Below, piece after piece: positions 39,417 through 49,596 of a stretch of DNA of 64,000 bases (position 1 is its first letter; each line of letters opens with the position of its first letter). The DNA lies in assembly GCA_965250115.1 (NCBI GenBank), contig CBDFNJ010000002.1, forward strand, positions 270,966-334,965, written 5' to 3'. The stretch comes from Candidatus Marinacidobacterales bacterium (lineage in GTDB: Bacteria > Acidobacteriota > Vicinamibacteria > Marinacidobacterales > SMYC01). Below the pieces are notes generated by a model that was not told the origin of the DNA, did not search any database, and saw only the letters and a program-made list of their open reading frames with translations. Position numbers and translations under genes: made by a program.

Positions 39417-40115
39417 CTAGTCGCCGACGCGCAGGCGGTTCTCGACGGAGAAGACGCCGAAGGTCGATCGGGCGATGTGCTCGGCTTTTCGCTTCTCGAC
39501 CTTGCTTTGCACCGCGCCGGTGAGGGCGACGTGGCCCCGCTCGACGATGATGTGAATCGGCGGGTTTGCCCTGAAAGCGAGCGACCGGAAAACGGAATCG
39601 CCGTAGATCCGATAGGCGAGCGTCGAGCGAAGTCTCTGGTCCTCGATGCTCGTCGGAAGCGCCGCGATCTCGTTCGTCACGCTCTGTACCCCCATGACCT
39701 TCGAGGCCCGTGTCACGATCGCGTCCGACTTGAACGGCATCGTTACCCGGCCCATAAGGACCACATGACCCTTGTTGACGGACAAATTGACGTCGTCGTA
39801 GACCGTGAAGAAAGAGTAACGCCGCACGGTCTTGGCGACCTCTTCCGCGACCTTCTCGTCGCTCTCGCCGAAGGCGATCTCGAGGTTGTCTTCCACGGCC
39901 GACACTCCATCGACGTCCATAGCGCGCGCGATGGCCTCGCTCTTGGCCCAGACGCTCGGCACTTTCCCGAATAGCCAGGGGCCGTTGTCCCGCGTGACGT
40001 CACTGATCTTGTCGGCGACCTTGGTCTGAAGATCGGCGTCTCGCTCCGCGTCGGCGAAAGCTACCAGAGGTAGACAGGTCAGAATAAGAATGATCAAAAA
40101 AAATCTTGCTTTCAT
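39417..40115 (-). CDS. BON-domain (OsmY-like) periplasmic protein
   Basis: Signal peptide MKARFFLIILILTCLPLVAFA; three BON-like repeats (..V.V.NG.V.L.G.V). Confidence 0.8.
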   Translation of the reverse strand: MKARFFLIILILTCLPLVAFADAERDADLQTKVADKISDVTRDNGPWLFGKVPSVWAKSEAIARAMDVDGVSAVEDNLEIAFGESDEKVAEEVAKTVRRYSFFTVYDDVNLSVNKGHVVLMGRVTMPFKSDAIVTRASKVMGVQSVTNEIAALPTSIEDQRLRSTLAYRIYGDSVFRSLAFRANPPIHIIVERGHVALTGAVQSKVEKRKAEHIARSTFGVFSVENRLRVGD

Positions 40116-40256
40116 CGTAGTCCTCCTTTAGGGCTCGCTCCTAGAAAGAGCAAGGTCGATGCCAATGGAGTCGATATAGGATAAGTGGTGTGCCGTTCGA
40201 GTTTTAGCGTTGTTGGGCCGGAGTACCGACCGGTCGGACGCTGTCCTCGGTCGAGG

Positions 40257-41837
40257 TCACAGTGGCTCGACGTCGTACAACTCGAGACCAGGAGCTTTTT
40301 CGAGGGCGTAGTTGAGGTTCCACTCGGAGTCGGTGAGCACGACGGGTTGTCCGTTTCGATCTTCGAGGACGCCGTAGCCGTGCGTCGAGCGAAGCCACTC
40401 GAGCGCCTCGGGCTTGCCGCCGACCCAGCGGGCCCGCGTGAAGCGCACCTTTTCGAAGTGCGCGTTCACGTTGTACTCGTTTCGGAGCCGCTCCTTGAGC
40501 ACTTCGAATTGAAGCATGCCGACCGCGCCGAGATAAGGGTTCTGTCGACCGTGGCCGGGAGTGAAAAACAGCTGGATAACGCCCTCTTGCGCGAGCTGCT
40601 CGAGACCCGAGTCGAGCGCCTTGCGCTTTAGCGGGTCCGCGAGGCGAAGCTGGCCGAAGTGCTCCGGCGCGAAGCGGGGAATACCGGCGAATCTGAGAAC
40701 TCCGTCTGCGGCTAGAGTGTCACCCACGCGGAGCTTCCCCGTGTTGTAGATGCCGACGATGTCCCCAGGCCAGGCCTCTTCAACGAGCGAGCGCTCCTGG
40801 GCGAGGAAGCTGTGGGGCTTCGAAAGCCGCAGCACCTCTCCGGAGTGACCGATGACCGCGTCCATGCCCCGCTGGAACTTTCCGCTGACGACCCGCAGGA
40901 AAGCGATGCCGTCTCGGTGGCGTGGGTTCATGTTCGCCTGGATCTTGAAGACGAAGCCGGTGAATCGCTCGCTCTCCGGGTCGATCATCTCGCCGTCCTC
41001 GGTTTTTCTGGGGCCGGGCCCGGCCGCGTGGTCGGCCAGGTAGCGAAGGAGCTCCTCGACGCCGAAATTGTTCATCGCTGAGCCCCAGAACAGTGGGCTG
41101 ACCTCGCCAGAGAGAAACCGTGCGTGGTCGAACTTGTCGCCGACGTGCTCGATGAGCTCGAGCTCCTCATGTATGTGCTCGAAGGTCGCCTTGCCCAGCA
41201 GGGCTTCCGCCTCGTTCCACGGCATCCGCTCGGCCTTCACGATCTCACTCCCACGACGGTCGCCCTCGTAGAGGAGGACGTCACGGGTCCGCAGGTCCAC
41301 GACGCCCTTGAAGCCACCCGCCATACCCAGCGGCCAGTTGAGCGGCGCGACTTCGAGATCGAGTGTTTCACGAACTTGGTCGACGAGCTCGAGAGGGTCT
41401 AGGCCGTGACGATCGAGCTTGTTCATGAAGGTGACGACGGGGAGCTGCCTCATGCGGCAGACCTCGAACAGCTTGCGCGTTCGTGTCTCGACTCCCCTCG
41501 CGTGGTCCATGAGCATCACCGCGGAATCGACCGCCGCTAACGTCCGGAACGTATCCTCGGAGAAGTCGGCGTGACCGGGAGTGTCGACGAGGTTGAGCGC
41601 CCTGCTCATGTAGTCGAACTGCAGAACGGAGGATGTGACGGAAATGCCGCGCTCCTGTTCGATCTTCATCCAGTCGGAAATCGTTTTTCGCGACTCGCGC
41701 TTGGCCTTCACCGACCCCGCCAGGTGGATTGCTTTGGCATAGAGGAGGACCTTCTCCGTGAGTGTCGTCTTGCCGGCGTCGGGGTGAGAGATGATGGCGA
41801 AAGTCCGTCGCCGCCGTATTTCGTCTTGGAACTTCAT
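40257..41837 (-). CDS. prfC: Peptide chain release factor 3
   Basis: RTFAIISHPDAGKTTLTEKVLL ... DTPGHADF GTPase motifs; 526 aa. Confidence 0.9.
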   Translation of the reverse strand: MKFQDEIRRRRTFAIISHPDAGKTTLTEKVLLYAKAIHLAGSVKAKRESRKTISDWMKIEQERGISVTSSVLQFDYMSRALNLVDTPGHADFSEDTFRTLAAVDSAVMLMDHARGVETRTRKLFEVCRMRQLPVVTFMNKLDRHGLDPLELVDQVRETLDLEVAPLNWPLGMAGGFKGVVDLRTRDVLLYEGDRRGSEIVKAERMPWNEAEALLGKATFEHIHEELELIEHVGDKFDHARFLSGEVSPLFWGSAMNNFGVEELLRYLADHAAGPGPRKTEDGEMIDPESERFTGFVFKIQANMNPRHRDGIAFLRVVSGKFQRGMDAVIGHSGEVLRLSKPHSFLAQERSLVEEAWPGDIVGIYNTGKLRVGDTLAADGVLRFAGIPRFAPEHFGQLRLADPLKRKALDSGLEQLAQEGVIQLFFTPGHGRQNPYLGAVGMLQFEVLKERLRNEYNVNAHFEKVRFTRARWVGGKPEALEWLRSTHGYGVLEDRNGQPVVLTDSEWNLNYALEKAPGLELYDVEPL

Positions 41838-41859
41838 GATTCGGTGGGCCGGCTCGACG

Positions 41860-42585
41860 TCAGACGCGTCGCGCCGAACAGAGAATGGAGATGCCGAAAG
41901 GAAGGCTCGTTCGATCGATGGCGTGCCGCTCGAAAGAGAAGAGTTTCTCGAGGACCGCCTCGATGGAGCCGGGCAGCCTCATGTCGAAGTCGCTCTTCCC
42001 GGCCTCGGCGTCCGCTGGAAAGACTCGCCGAAAGAGGCGAACGGCGGCGATGGGCGGAAAGAGCAACTTGTTGAAGTAGGTCGCATAGTCGATCTCGAAG
42101 CCGGAGCCCCGCACGAGCCCCTTGAGGGGACCCTTTCGGTAGCGGCGTTTGTGGTGGCTCACTTCGTCCTGGAGTCCAAAGAGAAACTGGAATGCCGGCA
42201 CGGTGACGAGGAGCCTGCCCATGGGGCGCAGCACGCGATGGAGCTCTTCGAGCACCCGCGTATCCGCGTCGATGTGCTCGAGCACGTCGAAGATAAAAAC
42301 TGCGTCGAAGGTCCCGTTCTTGAACGGGAGCGCGGTCGCGTCGGCCTGGGCGGGGAGAGAGATCTCGCGGCAACGCGGATCGATTGGAGCGAGGTCGATG
42401 GCGACCAGGCGTGCACGCCGGGACAGCATCTCGGCTTCTTTGGTGAAGCCAACACCCACCGTCAGAGCAAGTTTGGAATCGCCGGCAAAGCGTTCGACGG
42501 CCGTTTCGAGAATCTCGCGTCTGGCCTTGTACCACCAGTGCTCGCCCTCGAGGTGAGCCATGGCGTCGCGGAATTCTTGCTTCAT
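41860..42585 (-). CDS. Class I SAM-dependent methyltransferase
   Basis: Methyltransf_11/25-like motif block (VAIDLAP...FDAVFIFDVLEHI). Confidence 0.75.
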   Translation of the reverse strand: MKQEFRDAMAHLEGEHWWYKARREILETAVERFAGDSKLALTVGVGFTKEAEMLSRRARLVAIDLAPIDPRCREISLPAQADATALPFKNGTFDAVFIFDVLEHIDADTRVLEELHRVLRPMGRLLVTVPAFQFLFGLQDEVSHHKRRYRKGPLKGLVRGSGFEIDYATYFNKLLFPPIAAVRLFRRVFPADAEAGKSDFDMRLPGSIEAVLEKLFSFERHAIDRTSLPFGISILCSARRV

Positions 42586-42708
42586 CGTCGTAAGTGCAAA
42601 CGCTGAAGTATAGCGCGCCTGCGACTAGGCAAAAAGAGAGCGGGACGCCTCGTCGCTTGGGTTGGGGGGCGGGCGTCCCGCTCGGCAAGCGCCAGGAGAG
42701 AACTTGGC

Positions 42709-44547
42709 CTACATGCTCGGGAGCTCCAGATTGAGCTTGACCTTCTTGCCTCCGCTCTCGAGCACGGTGATGGGATGACTGCCATCGACGCGCAGCGAGC
42801 GTCTCGCTTCGTCGAGGGAGTAGTTATTTGCGGGTTTTCCATCGAGCTCGACGATAATCTGACCTCGTTTGAGGCCGGCGAAATAGGCGGGGGAGTTCGA
42901 CTTGACCTCATGCACTCGGAACCGCTCTGTGGTCTGCGGGTCGGCAGTGATGCTCAAACCGCTGCGGAAACGTCTCTCGAGGTCTTTCTTGTCGGCGGAA
43001 TGGGCGAGAGCTTCCTTTAGCTCGATCTTGCGACCCTCGACCATCTCGGCGAGGACGTCGTTGAGAAGCTGCATGCCCCCGGCCCGATTTGTCTGGATGA
43101 TGCTGGGAATCTGCACCGTCTTGGCTTCTCGGACGAGGTTCGCGATCGCGTGGTTCACCACCATGATCTCCAGAGCAGCGACGCGACCACCTTCTTTCCT
43201 CTTCACCAGCGTCTGAGTGATGACACCGCGAAGGACGTCTGACAATACGCTTCGGATCTGTGCCTGTTCGTTGGCCGGAAACTGATCGACGATGCGATCG
43301 ACGGTAGAGACGGCGGAGTTGGTGTGCAAGGTCGCGAAGACGAGGTGGCCGGTATTGGCCGTCTCCAGCGCCAATGAGATCGTCTCGAGGTCCCGCATCT
43401 CGCCGACGAGTACGATGTCGGGGTCTTCCCGCAAGGCTGACTTCGGGCCGCGGGCGAAGCTCTTGGTATGTCCGCCGATCTCACGCTGGTTTACGAGGCA
43501 CTGGTCGCTTCGGTGCAGGAACTCGATCGGATCTTCGAGCGTGATGATGTGGCTCTTGCGGGTCTTATTGATGTAGTCGACCATCGAGGCGAGGGTCGTC
43601 GACTTTCCGCAGCCGGTCGGTCCGGTCAGGAGAACCAGACCTTTCGGAATCTCGCAGAGCTGCTTGACGACTTCCGGCAGGCCAAGCTGCTCGATGGTCA
43701 GAATCTGCGACGGGATCTGCCGAAACGCGGCGCCGACTCCGTTGTGATCCCGATACATGTTCACGCGAAACCGGGCCACTTCGGGAACCATATAGGCGAA
43801 GTCCGCGTCGCTCGTATTCACGAACTCGTCGCGATGCCGTTCGGTGAGGACGGGCTTTATGAGCTCGAAAACCTGTTGAGTCCCGAGCACGGGTCCATCC
43901 GTCACCTCTTGCATGTCGCCGTTGATGCGCCAGCGGGGCCTGTGATGCGCGCACAAGTGCAAGTCCGATGCACCTTCTGCGACCATTTGTTTCAGCAGCT
44001 CGTCGAGCTCCGGCGAGCGCGGCTTGTCCTTTTCGGCCTCGGCGAGACCCTGGGGAATTGCGTGAAGTCCGGAGTGCGTCTGCATCACGTCGTTGAAGAA
44101 GGGCAGATCAGTACGAACGGTATTGAGCTCCATGCTAGGGACGTGCTGTCGGACGGCGCTCACGACGCTCGTCGAGGGGTCATCGACCACTCCAAGCGTC
44201 AGAACGTTGCCGTCGACCTCGAGCGGCAGGACACGATGTCGCTGGCAGAATTCTTTGGGCAGGAGCCGGAGAACCTCCGCTTCGGGCGAGCCCTTGCGCA
44301 TGTCGTACTGGGGAAGCGGGATTTGAACCGAGACTTCGTCCAGCCGGTGTGCGAGCCCCTGGGAAAGACCGAGGCCGAACTTCGGGATCTTCTGGAACAT
44401 CGTGTCGAAACCCTTGGAGCTGAATTTGAGGGCGGTGAGGTCGGTAAGCGCCACGACCGAGGCGGTGCGCTTTTTTCCGAGAAGAAGGTGCCTTGGTGCA
44501 CAACTCCGATAGAGGCCGATAGCTCGCTTGGCCCCGACTCCCATCAT
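42709..44547 (-). CDS. PilT/GspE-family secretion/twitching ATPase with a C-terminal PDZ domain; only the last part of an N-terminal cNMP-binding domain remains (5' end apparently truncated by the IS5 insertion)
   Basis: Walker A LLTGPTGCGKSTT; Asp/His boxes; PilT-type GEMRD. C-terminal NSPAYFAGLKRGQIIVELDG (PDZ). The N-terminus begins mid-domain (TASVVALTDLTALKF, the end of a cNMP-binding fold). Confidence 0.75.
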   Translation of the reverse strand: MMGVGAKRAIGLYRSCAPRHLLLGKKRTASVVALTDLTALKFSSKGFDTMFQKIPKFGLGLSQGLAHRLDEVSVQIPLPQYDMRKGSPEAEVLRLLPKEFCQRHRVLPLEVDGNVLTLGVVDDPSTSVVSAVRQHVPSMELNTVRTDLPFFNDVMQTHSGLHAIPQGLAEAEKDKPRSPELDELLKQMVAEGASDLHLCAHHRPRWRINGDMQEVTDGPVLGTQQVFELIKPVLTERHRDEFVNTSDADFAYMVPEVARFRVNMYRDHNGVGAAFRQIPSQILTIEQLGLPEVVKQLCEIPKGLVLLTGPTGCGKSTTLASMVDYINKTRKSHIITLEDPIEFLHRSDQCLVNQREIGGHTKSFARGPKSALREDPDIVLVGEMRDLETISLALETANTGHLVFATLHTNSAVSTVDRIVDQFPANEQAQIRSVLSDVLRGVITQTLVKRKEGGRVAALEIMVVNHAIANLVREAKTVQIPSIIQTNRAGGMQLLNDVLAEMVEGRKIELKEALAHSADKKDLERRFRSGLSITADPQTTERFRVHEVKSNSPAYFAGLKRGQIIVELDGKPANNYSLDEARRSLRVDGSHPITVLESGGKKVKLNLELPSM

Positions 44548-45509
44548 CCGATCATCTCGCTATCAGGCATCCCGAGCGCCGTCATGGTGTTCAGAATCTT
44601 GCACCCGATCCTTGCCTCGACTCTCTGTGCCGCCAACCCTCTCGCTCGCATCGCTGAGCCCACGATAGCCTTGTAGCGATGGAACGTTGTCTCGACTTTG
44701 CTCCGGTTGCTGTAGCCCGATTCTGTGTGCCACTTTCGTTTGCCGAGCCGAGCTTGTGCTGCAATGTTGCGATTGCGCTGTCGGCTGCTCGCCGGCCCCG
44801 ATGCGAGCTGGGCGCCCTTGCGCGGCGGTATCAGCACCCTCGGCGAGCGATGAGCGCTGTGATTCTCGATCGCCTCATAGACGCCGCTGGCGTCGTATGC
44901 GGTGTCAGCTCTGGCCGATGAGATGGGACTGTCGATCTGTGCGACAAGCGATGCAACCCGCGATGAATCGCGGGCTCTTTTGCTCGTCAGCTCGCCGGCG
45001 ACGACTTCGCCACTCTGCTCGTCGACACACAGATGGAGCTTGCGATAGTCCCTGCTCTTTGGTGCTCTGCGCAGCTGGCCGGCGTGGACAGCGAGACCGC
45101 TGCTGTCGATCAAGGTGTGCAACGGCGTCTTCTGCTTGTCTTGGTAGAAGGGGACCTTACCCAGCTTCGCCTTGCGCCTCGAAATCGTGGTGTGATCGGG
45201 CACATCATTGTCTAGCTTCATCAGAGCGAACAACGATCGCAGCAATCCCTCGCTCTGCCTAGATGACAGATGAAACACCATGCCCAGGGTGACAGCCGTC
45301 TCGATGGCGTGGTTCGAGTACTTGCGTTGACGGCCCGGTTTCCTCCTCCTCGGCCGGGGCGCGTCCCAGTTCACAAGCTTGCCGGCGGTGAGCGAGATCC
45401 AGACGGTCAGGCTCCCACGGTTGCGTAGACCCGCCTCATATTCACGCCAATTCCTCACGCGATAGGCCTTCTTCACATACTTCCGCTGAGTGCGTTTGAA
45501 AATGCTCAT
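44544..45509 (-). CDS. IS5-family DDE transposase
   Basis: YRVRNWREYEAGLRNRGSLTVWI N-terminal signature; DDE core; 321 aa. Element boundaries not resolved. Confidence 0.85.
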   Translation of the reverse strand: MSIFKRTQRKYVKKAYRVRNWREYEAGLRNRGSLTVWISLTAGKLVNWDAPRPRRRKPGRQRKYSNHAIETAVTLGMVFHLSSRQSEGLLRSLFALMKLDNDVPDHTTISRRKAKLGKVPFYQDKQKTPLHTLIDSSGLAVHAGQLRRAPKSRDYRKLHLCVDEQSGEVVAGELTSKRARDSSRVASLVAQIDSPISSARADTAYDASGVYEAIENHSAHRSPRVLIPPRKGAQLASGPASSRQRNRNIAAQARLGKRKWHTESGYSNRSKVETTFHRYKAIVGSAMRARGLAAQRVEARIGCKILNTMTALGMPDSEMIG

Positions 45510-45562
45510 GGGGAACCTCGAATCCGTGAGTACAGGACAATTGTGGACCGAGATCGCGAGTT

Positions 45563-46771
45563 GTGCACCAAGGCAACGTTGAGCTGGAAGTCTACGAGCT
45601 GTTGGAGCAGGTCGACAATCTAAGACAGCGAGCCAAGGTGCAGGCGGCGATCATCGGGTTACTCGTGCGTGTGTTGGGGTTCCGCGGGGGAAAACTCGAC
45701 GGCGATCGCCTTCCGGATGGTGAGACCAAGTCGGCGGTGCTCCGGGCGATCGCGTCGGCGACTGGTGTTCTGTCGTTAAGCACCGTGCTCAGAATCGTGG
45801 GCGTCTCGACGGCGCGTTATCACGCGTGGAGGCGCAAGGAAGACGGCTGCGGACTCGACGATCAACCGAGCTGTCCGAAGTCCTTCCCCAGCCAGCTCAC
45901 GCGCGACGAAGTCTCCACGATGAGAGATTTCGTCGAGTCCGAGAGCTATCGCCACATCGCCGTCCAGAACTTAGCGCTTTACGCGCAGCGGCTTGGCAAG
46001 CTCTTCGCCTCGGCAAGTACGTGGTACAAGATGATCCGCAGGCGCGGGTGGAAACGTCCTCGAAGGCGGGTGCATCCGGCGAAGCCCAAGACAGGCCTCA
46101 GGGCGACACGCCCCAACGAGTACTGGCAAATCGACGCGACCGTGATCCGGCTGACGACCGGCATCCGAATCTATCTGCAGGCGGTCATCGATAATTTCAG
46201 CCGAAGAATTCTTGCCTGGCGGGTGAGCGACACGCTGCGCTCGGCAACCACCCGGGAGCTCCTCATCGAGGCGTCAAAGGGCCTTCCGGACGACTCAGCG
46301 ACCGCGAACGTACTTGTCGTCACCGACGGCGGTTCGGAGAACTTTGGCGAGGTCGACCAGCTGCTCCTGGATTCAAGTTCTCTGCATCGTGTGCTCGCGC
46401 AGATCGACATCATCTCCTCGAACTCCTTGATCGAGGCGTTCTGGCGACAATTGAAACACGCGTGGCTCTTCCTGAACACCCTCGACAGTGCGGCGGCGGT
46501 GCGGCGTCTCGTCGCGTTCTACGTGCGTGAGCACAATGAAAAGATCCCGCGCACCGTTCTCGGAGGTCGTACGCCGGATGAGGTGTACTTCGGCCGCGAG
46601 GAGAATGTGCCGGATCGGCTCTCCGAGCAACGCAAGACAGCGCAGCGGGTCAGGAGCGCGGCAAATCGAGCAGCGAACTGCCATCGCTGCGAATCCTCAC
46701 GCGCTGGCCCTGCTGTCCGGAGTGCCGCCAGGCCAGGGGCTCGTCGAAAACCTACTCGGAAATCTGCATGA
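45563..46771 (+). CDS. rve (integrase-core) DDE transposase, IS481/IS3-like; the C-terminal tail is probably read-through
   Basis: WQIDATVIRLTTG...YLQAVIDNFSRRILAWRV (DD) ... EAFWRQLK...HNEKIPRTVLGGRTPDEV (rve C-terminus). Confidence 0.75.
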   Translation: MHQGNVELEVYELLEQVDNLRQRAKVQAAIIGLLVRVLGFRGGKLDGDRLPDGETKSAVLRAIASATGVLSLSTVLRIVGVSTARYHAWRRKEDGCGLDDQPSCPKSFPSQLTRDEVSTMRDFVESESYRHIAVQNLALYAQRLGKLFASASTWYKMIRRRGWKRPRRRVHPAKPKTGLRATRPNEYWQIDATVIRLTTGIRIYLQAVIDNFSRRILAWRVSDTLRSATTRELLIEASKGLPDDSATANVLVVTDGGSENFGEVDQLLLDSSSLHRVLAQIDIISSNSLIEAFWRQLKHAWLFLNTLDSAAAVRRLVAFYVREHNEKIPRTVLGGRTPDEVYFGREENVPDRLSEQRKTAQRVRSAANRAANCHRCESSRAGPAVRSAARPGARRKPTRKSA

Positions 46772-47094
46772 TGTTTGTGTGAGCAGCACAGCTACCAGGG
46801 TGTTGACGCAGAGGCGTCCTGCGACATCTTGGAAAAGCAATGGTTTTGTGAGTGCGAGCCCAGTCGCGAGTACTGCACGACTCCGATCTCGTACGACACG
46901 TCAAGCTTAACGAACGACCTAAGAGAGCCGTAGATGCTTGGCGGGCTGGAAGGGACGGGAGAAGTTGAGAGGGAGTCAAGAAACGAAACACGTTCCCGCA
47001 CACTTCCCGCACGATCTGCCCCGATACGGGCCACTACTCAAGAAGCCAGCAGCTCTCTTGACGGCGTAACTCTTTTGGATGGGAAATTTGGAAA

Positions 47095-47171
<77 letters not shown>

Positions 47172-47231
47172 TCAATGCAGGCGACGTATTATCGGTCTAA
47201 CGTGTGTGGATGTCAAGATTTGGGGAAATTG

Positions 47232-48479
47232 CTAGCCGAGCTCGCGCTCTAGGAAGTCGGTGATGGCGCTCGCGATACCGGGTTTGCCGATAAGCTGCTC
47301 GGAGACGCCGGCTTTCGAGACGATGTAGGCGGTTTGCTCGCCGTTTGGGCCGGTCTCTTCGCCCCGGTTCGCGACGACGGCGAGGTGGCCCTTCGCGACG
47401 CGGCGCTTGGCGATCTCGATGAGCTCGTCGTGGTCGATGTTCTCGTTGTACTTGAAGGAGACCATGGGCAGTTTGGCGTACTTGTTGCGGACAAGGTCGA
47501 TGACTTTCTCGGTCGGGGCGAGCTCGATGCTCTTGAGCGCGCCGCCCGCGGGGATCTTGCCTTCGGCTACCTCTTTCGGCTTGTAGTCGGCGACGGCGGC
47601 GGAGAAGATGCCGGCGGTGAACTCGCGCGCACCGACTACGCTCATCACGGCGTCCCGATACTCCTCGAAGCTGCGAATCCTGGCGCAGGGAATGTAGTCG
47701 GGGGGCGTGAGCCCGGTCTCGCCGAGGATGAGATGGACTTTGGCGCCGCGAAGCGTTAGCTCGTCGGCGATTTCTGTCCCGAGCCGACCGGTGAAGCGAT
47801 TGGTGATGCGGCGTACATTGTCGACGAGGGTCGGCGTGGGGCCGCCAGTCACGAGCAGCGATCGTCCCTTGAGCGGGGACGTACTGAGGGCCGCGCAGAC
47901 CTCGGCGACGAGCGTGCTCGTCTCGGGAATGTTGTGCTTTCCGTAGTCCTCTCGGGGCGGGATAATCCTCAGGCCCATTCCGTCGAGCTTTTGCAGTGAG
48001 GCGGTCAGGATGGAGTTGTGCATGTCGCCGTGCATAGTCGGTGCGACGAGCACGCTTGTCTCGCCTCGTTCCATGCGGCGGATAGCGGTCGCGAGCGTCG
48101 AGGTCAGCATGCCGTCCGCGATCCCCAGTGCAACCTTATTAATAGTGTTGTAGGTGGCGGGAGCGACGAGATAACCGTCGAAACGATTGGCGTCGCTCAA
48201 ATGCTCGGCGGCGGGCGTCAAACGGGTGACGACGGGGTTGGCCGTGGACCACTCGAGCGAATCTTCGGTGGTATAGCGAAGCGCTTCCTTGGAACAGAAC
48301 GCGACGACGTCGGCACCTTGTTTGCGGAGGGCACGAGCGATGAAAGGGGCCTTGATCGCGGCGATACCGCCCGTGACCATGAGCGCGACGCGCTTGCCTT
48401 CGAGATGACGGCCCTGGTGGCGCACGTCGTGGTCGCCCATGCCGGAGGCGGGCGGCGGTGAGAAATCCCAAGCTTTCAT
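47232..48479 (-). CDS. coaBC: Bifunctional phosphopantothenoylcysteine decarboxylase / phosphopantothenate-cysteine ligase
   Basis: VTGGIAAIKAPFIARAL flavoprotein motif, plus LLVTGGPT...RFTGRLG of the CoaB half. Confidence 0.9.
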   Translation of the reverse strand: MKAWDFSPPPASGMGDHDVRHQGRHLEGKRVALMVTGGIAAIKAPFIARALRKQGADVVAFCSKEALRYTTEDSLEWSTANPVVTRLTPAAEHLSDANRFDGYLVAPATYNTINKVALGIADGMLTSTLATAIRRMERGETSVLVAPTMHGDMHNSILTASLQKLDGMGLRIIPPREDYGKHNIPETSTLVAEVCAALSTSPLKGRSLLVTGGPTPTLVDNVRRITNRFTGRLGTEIADELTLRGAKVHLILGETGLTPPDYIPCARIRSFEEYRDAVMSVVGAREFTAGIFSAAVADYKPKEVAEGKIPAGGALKSIELAPTEKVIDLVRNKYAKLPMVSFKYNENIDHDELIEIAKRRVAKGHLAVVANRGEETGPNGEQTAYIVSKAGVSEQLIGKPGIASAITDFLERELG

Positions 48480-48509
48480 CGAGCGCTGGCCTCCGTTCGG
48501 GGGAACAAC

Positions 48510-49476
48510 TCAGCCGATGCGGTCGACGTCCGTTCGAGGCGGCTCGTCCGGCTCGCTCGGTCGATAAATCTCCGATGCGAGATGCTCGAGTTTCTTAGCG
48601 TCCTCATCGGTGTCGGCCACGAAGGCAACGCCTACATGATACCTCGCATCCTCGCTGCTGGCCTCTTCGAGCCGGACAACTCGGCCTCTCAAGAAGACGT
48701 TCTGGTGCTCCTGAGGAAGGTGGATGTCGATTTCGAGCTCGGTTCCCACGTTGAAGGGGATCTGGCTCTCCACGAGCGCACCGTTCCTCGAGAGATTACG
48801 GGCCTGGCTTCGTAGCTCGCGGCGTTCGTCTTGCCGGTGCTCCCGGAAGACGAGAACATTTCTCGCATCGAGGCGCGGCGATCGGCGTTTCTCCTCGGCG
48901 TGAAGCGTGATCTTGTTCTTGCCCTCGTGCCTCGATCTATAGAGCGCCAGGTCTGCCATGCGCACGAGTCCTTCCGCGGAGTTCGAGTCGGCGGGATAGA
49001 GGGCGATGCCTCCGCTCACCGATAGCGAGACGTGTGCGTTAGCGACGAGCTCGCTTGAGCTCCCGCCTCAGGCTGACGTCGAAGAACTGGCGATTGTAGA
49101 GGCTCGTCAGCCCGTCGGTGATGGCGCTTCTCTCGGTCTTGAGATAGGTGGCCATTTCGATGAGCTTCGGATTGCGAAGCTCTGGCTTCGAGGTCTGGAA
49201 ATAGTCGAGCGCGGCGAGCTGTAACGTCGCCTCTCGTCCCAGCTTGGACGTCAGCGCCTCGCGGTGTTTCAGGATCGCTCGAAAGTGCCCACGAGCGACG
49301 GGCTCCCGGTACTCGAGCTGGGTGAGCAGGCGGACGAGCGCAGCGAAAGAGATCGTGTCGGAGCCCAAGAGCTCATCCAGATCCGCCCCAGGAGAGTTGC
49401 CCGCTTTTTCGAGCAGCCGTACCAAATGCTGCCGGGTATCCCCCCGCGTCGGCAGCGATGACATAAGCGCCTCCAA
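48510..49476 (-). pseudogene. N-domain–GGDEF–PilZ protein lacking the GGDEF catalytic core. The two ORFs (49039..49476 and 48510..49019) are in different frames and about 100 residues of the domain are missing.
   Basis: The upstream ORF ends at the GGDEF N-terminus (ITDGLTSLYNRQFFDVSLRRELKRARR*). The downstream ORF begins at the GGDEF C-terminus (SGGIALYPADS...MADLALYRSRHEGKNKI), followed by PilZ (RRSPRLDARNVLVF...GRVVRLEE). Confidence 0.6.
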
Positions 49477-49596
49477 ACAAAGCTAAAAATAGAATAAATC
49501 CAACTAGTTACAGAGGTTGGGGCGCCTGACGATCGTTGGACCGAGTCGAACACCAAGCACGCCGTACTAGCAGAGGAGGCCCTCCGCTTCAAATAG

